Origin: Candidatus Iainarchaeum sp.
Lineage (GTDB): Archaea > Iainarchaeota > Iainarchaeia > JAGGVJ01
Assembly: GCA_021158055.1 (NCBI GenBank)
Contig: JAGGVJ010000036.1
Coordinates: forward strand, 1 to 18,019
Direction: 5' to 3'
Length of the DNA: 18,019 bases
Below, piece by piece: positions 16,549 to 18,019 of the stretch (positions within the stretch are counted from its first letter, which is position 1; each line of letters starts with the position of its first letter). The position numbers were made by a program, and so were the translations under genes. The notes beneath the pieces were generated by a model that was not told the DNA's origin, ran no database searches, and saw only the letters and a program-made list of their open reading frames with translations.

Positions 16549-17217
16549 TCACCTCAAAATCTTCAGGTACTCGCGGATTTCTTTTTCGCTTACTGAACAT
16601 CCGCCGAACTTGCACGCGTAAAGGCTTGCTTCAAACGCGTGTTTCGGGTGTGAAAACCGGCCTTCGAAAAGCTTGTTTTCATAGGCAAGCGCAACCATTT
16701 CGCTTGAACGGATTACTTTAACGTCTTTGACAATCGAGTTGAAGCGCTGTAACGCGTCTTTGTCTATTGACACGGTTTTTTTGTATTTGAACGACAGGTA
16801 ATCCTGCAGTGACTTCGGGTCTTCAATGAGCGCCCTTGTGGTCCGCTCATCAATCAGGAGAGCGGCGTTTTTTTTCAATGCAAACGCAAGGGCTTCTGAT
16901 TCACCGCGATGAATCAGGTTTATGTTTTTGTTTCTTATGCTCATTATTTTGTTTGCTGAATTTTCAAGCTTGATTGCTTCTTTTTCCATGTTTGAGCTGT
17001 CAATTGTCAAAAGCCCGTTTCTTATCGCGCGCTCTATTCTCATTGCCTTTAGCCTGAACCGCTTTGACTGCTTTGGGTTGTCAACTGTTTCAGAGCGGAC
17101 CGCTTTCAACAATATGTACTCGCCGTTGAGGTCTTCTTTGAGTTCTTCAAATATCCATGCGAAGCAGTTGTCAAAAAGGGTTATTATCGAGCTTGAATCG
17201 CAGATGAGGTCAGGCAT
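16549..17217 (-). CDS. PIN-domain protein (DUF3368/COG2405-like, extended)
   Basis: Acidic PIN residues in LICDSSSII, VRSETV, HRGESEALA and LLIDERTTR. The likely start is ATG 17217 after SD GGGGGTGA (17223-17230), overlapping the upstream stop (ATGCCTGA). Confidence 0.8.
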   Translation of the reverse strand: MPDLICDSSSIITLFDNCFAWIFEELKEDLNGEYILLKAVRSETVDNPKQSKRFRLKAMRIERAIRNGLLTIDSSNMEKEAIKLENSANKIMSIRNKNINLIHRGESEALAFALKKNAALLIDERTTRALIEDPKSLQDYLSFKYKKTVSIDKDALQRFNSIVKDVKVIRSSEMVALAYENKLFEGRFSHPKHAFEASLYACKFGGCSVSEKEIREYLKILR

Positions 17218-17782
17218 TTTTTTCACCCCCGAAGATTGTTTTTGTGGTGCTGAAGCGTTGTTTTAAGTTCACTCCGCGAAAGTCCTTTTCTTCTCTTGGG
17301 GTTTCCCTTGTGGAGCCGATGTAAAGCATTACCTCGTCTTTTGGAGCCCCTGTAAGGTCAGCCGAGTCGGAAAGCGACCTTCCGAGCGAGTAAAGCCTTG
17401 AAGCCTGTTTTATCCTTGCCTTGTCCATCAAAAAAGTGGCGAAGTTTCCTGATTCCTTGTCCAGGACGTGAATTGCGAGTTCTGCCATGTGAAGCGATTC
17501 TGTAAATTTGTCGCCGTTGCCTTCATTTAAGGCCATGACCGCGGAAGAAAGAGTGTGAGTGATGTCTTTGTTGAACTCCCCCCATGTTTTTTGTTTTTTG
17601 AAATGGATTTTTGAAATAATTTTGCTTAAAGAATAGCACAGGAGAGAAACTTTAGCCAAGGTTTTGTCATGGTGGAGTGATGCTTCCTCAATCAAAGTGT
17701 TGCTGATGAAACGAAGCGCTTCAGGGTTTTTTGCAACCCACGCAGATTTTACTCTTTCCATTATCGCCGTAAATTTTACCAT
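17210..17782 (-). CDS. Hypothetical helical protein with C-terminal UPF0175/COG2886-like HTH, partner of the PIN gene
   Basis: ASRLYSLGRSLSDSADLTGAPKDEVMLYIG is HTH-like. The gene is translationally coupled to the PIN gene. Start is ATG 17782 (TTTATTAA at 17803-17810) or TTG 17794. Confidence 0.65.
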   Translation of the reverse strand: MVKFTAIMERVKSAWVAKNPEALRFISNTLIEEASLHHDKTLAKVSLLCYSLSKIISKIHFKKQKTWGEFNKDITHTLSSAVMALNEGNGDKFTESLHMAELAIHVLDKESGNFATFLMDKARIKQASRLYSLGRSLSDSADLTGAPKDEVMLYIGSTRETPREEKDFRGVNLKQRFSTTKTIFGGEKNA

Positions 17783-17852
17783 TTTACCAGTCAACTGTTT
17801 GTTTAATAAACGCTGATTTGTTTAAAATAAGATTCTTCTTTCTTTTTTAATC

Positions 17853-17882
17853 TTTGCGTGAAAACAATTTTGCGTGAAAACA
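17853..17882. repeat. Direct repeat tttgcgtgaaaaca x2 (period 16) upstream of the HTH-PIN operon
   Basis: Exact 14-mers at 17853-17866 and 17869-17882. Confidence 0.7.
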
Positions 17883-17892
17883 GGTTACTGGT

Positions 17893-18018
17893 TTAAAACA
17901 CAAAAACCCTGGCGTTTTTCACTGCGCTTTCGACTAATTTTTTAGATTCAATGGCTTCCTTGCATTTTTCAAGGGTTTCCTTGCCTGCCCGGAGTTCAGG
18001 GTGCTTTGGAACAAAGTA
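17893..18018 (-). CDS. C-terminal fragment of a gene running off the window end
   Basis: Open frame ...YFVPKHPELRAGKETLEKCKEAIESKKLVESAVKNARVFVF* ending at TAA 17893-17895. Function cannot be assigned. Confidence 0.55.
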   Translation of the reverse strand, partial: YFVPKHPELRAGKETLEKCKEAIESKKLVESAVKNARVFVF

Positions 18019-18019
18019 A

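Noticed and set aside
95-17266. Remaining antisense or nested ORFs in the track (e.g. 95..409, 1112..1579, 5978..6382, 7467..8063, 12592..13032, 14887..15315, 16922..17266)
   Set aside because: They are shadow ORFs opposite or within confidently identified genes.
99-17782. Genome-wide TGA reassignment (genetic code 4 or 25)
   Set aside because: Nine genes end at TGA at family-appropriate C-termini, two of them in coupled overlaps. The long conserved genes contain no internal TGA, and the Trp codons checked are TGG.

Overview
An 18 kb gene-dense window, most likely from a DPANN-type archaeon. That assignment is inferred from the archaeal NadM, the archaeal ACT-domain regulator, GGTGA/GAGGTG Shine-Dalgarno sites and TATA-like boxes about 25 nt upstream of starts. 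In order it encodes: a UvrD/PD-(D/E)XK helicase-nuclease, a SpoT/Mesh1-like HD hydrolase, a eukaryote-like TGS1 cap methyltransferase, an HD protein, a cupin, a Nudix hydrolase, nadM, argF and argG with a divergent ACT regulator, a membrane-anchored Cys-rich protein with subtilase prodomains, an EamA transporter, a DsbA-like surface protein, a D-2-hydroxyacid dehydrogenase, an MTA/SAH-deaminase-like amidohydrolase, a GNAT, and a PIN/HTH gene pair. I saw no rRNA, tRNA, CRISPR array or transposase. Main observations not shown by the ORF track: (1) two genes are split by a single in-frame TGA (one exactly at the conserved Trp of TGS1) and a third seems to start at ATA, all one G-to-A change from intact on the minus strand; (2) the DsbA domain is circularly permuted and has a CxxS site; (3) argF carries Giardia-type OTC motifs and argG is Thermotoga/eukaryote-type; (4) many short tandem duplications occur, including a 17-bp pair over the argG promoter and a 5x17-bp array. 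Family comparisons are from memory of motifs, not from searches.
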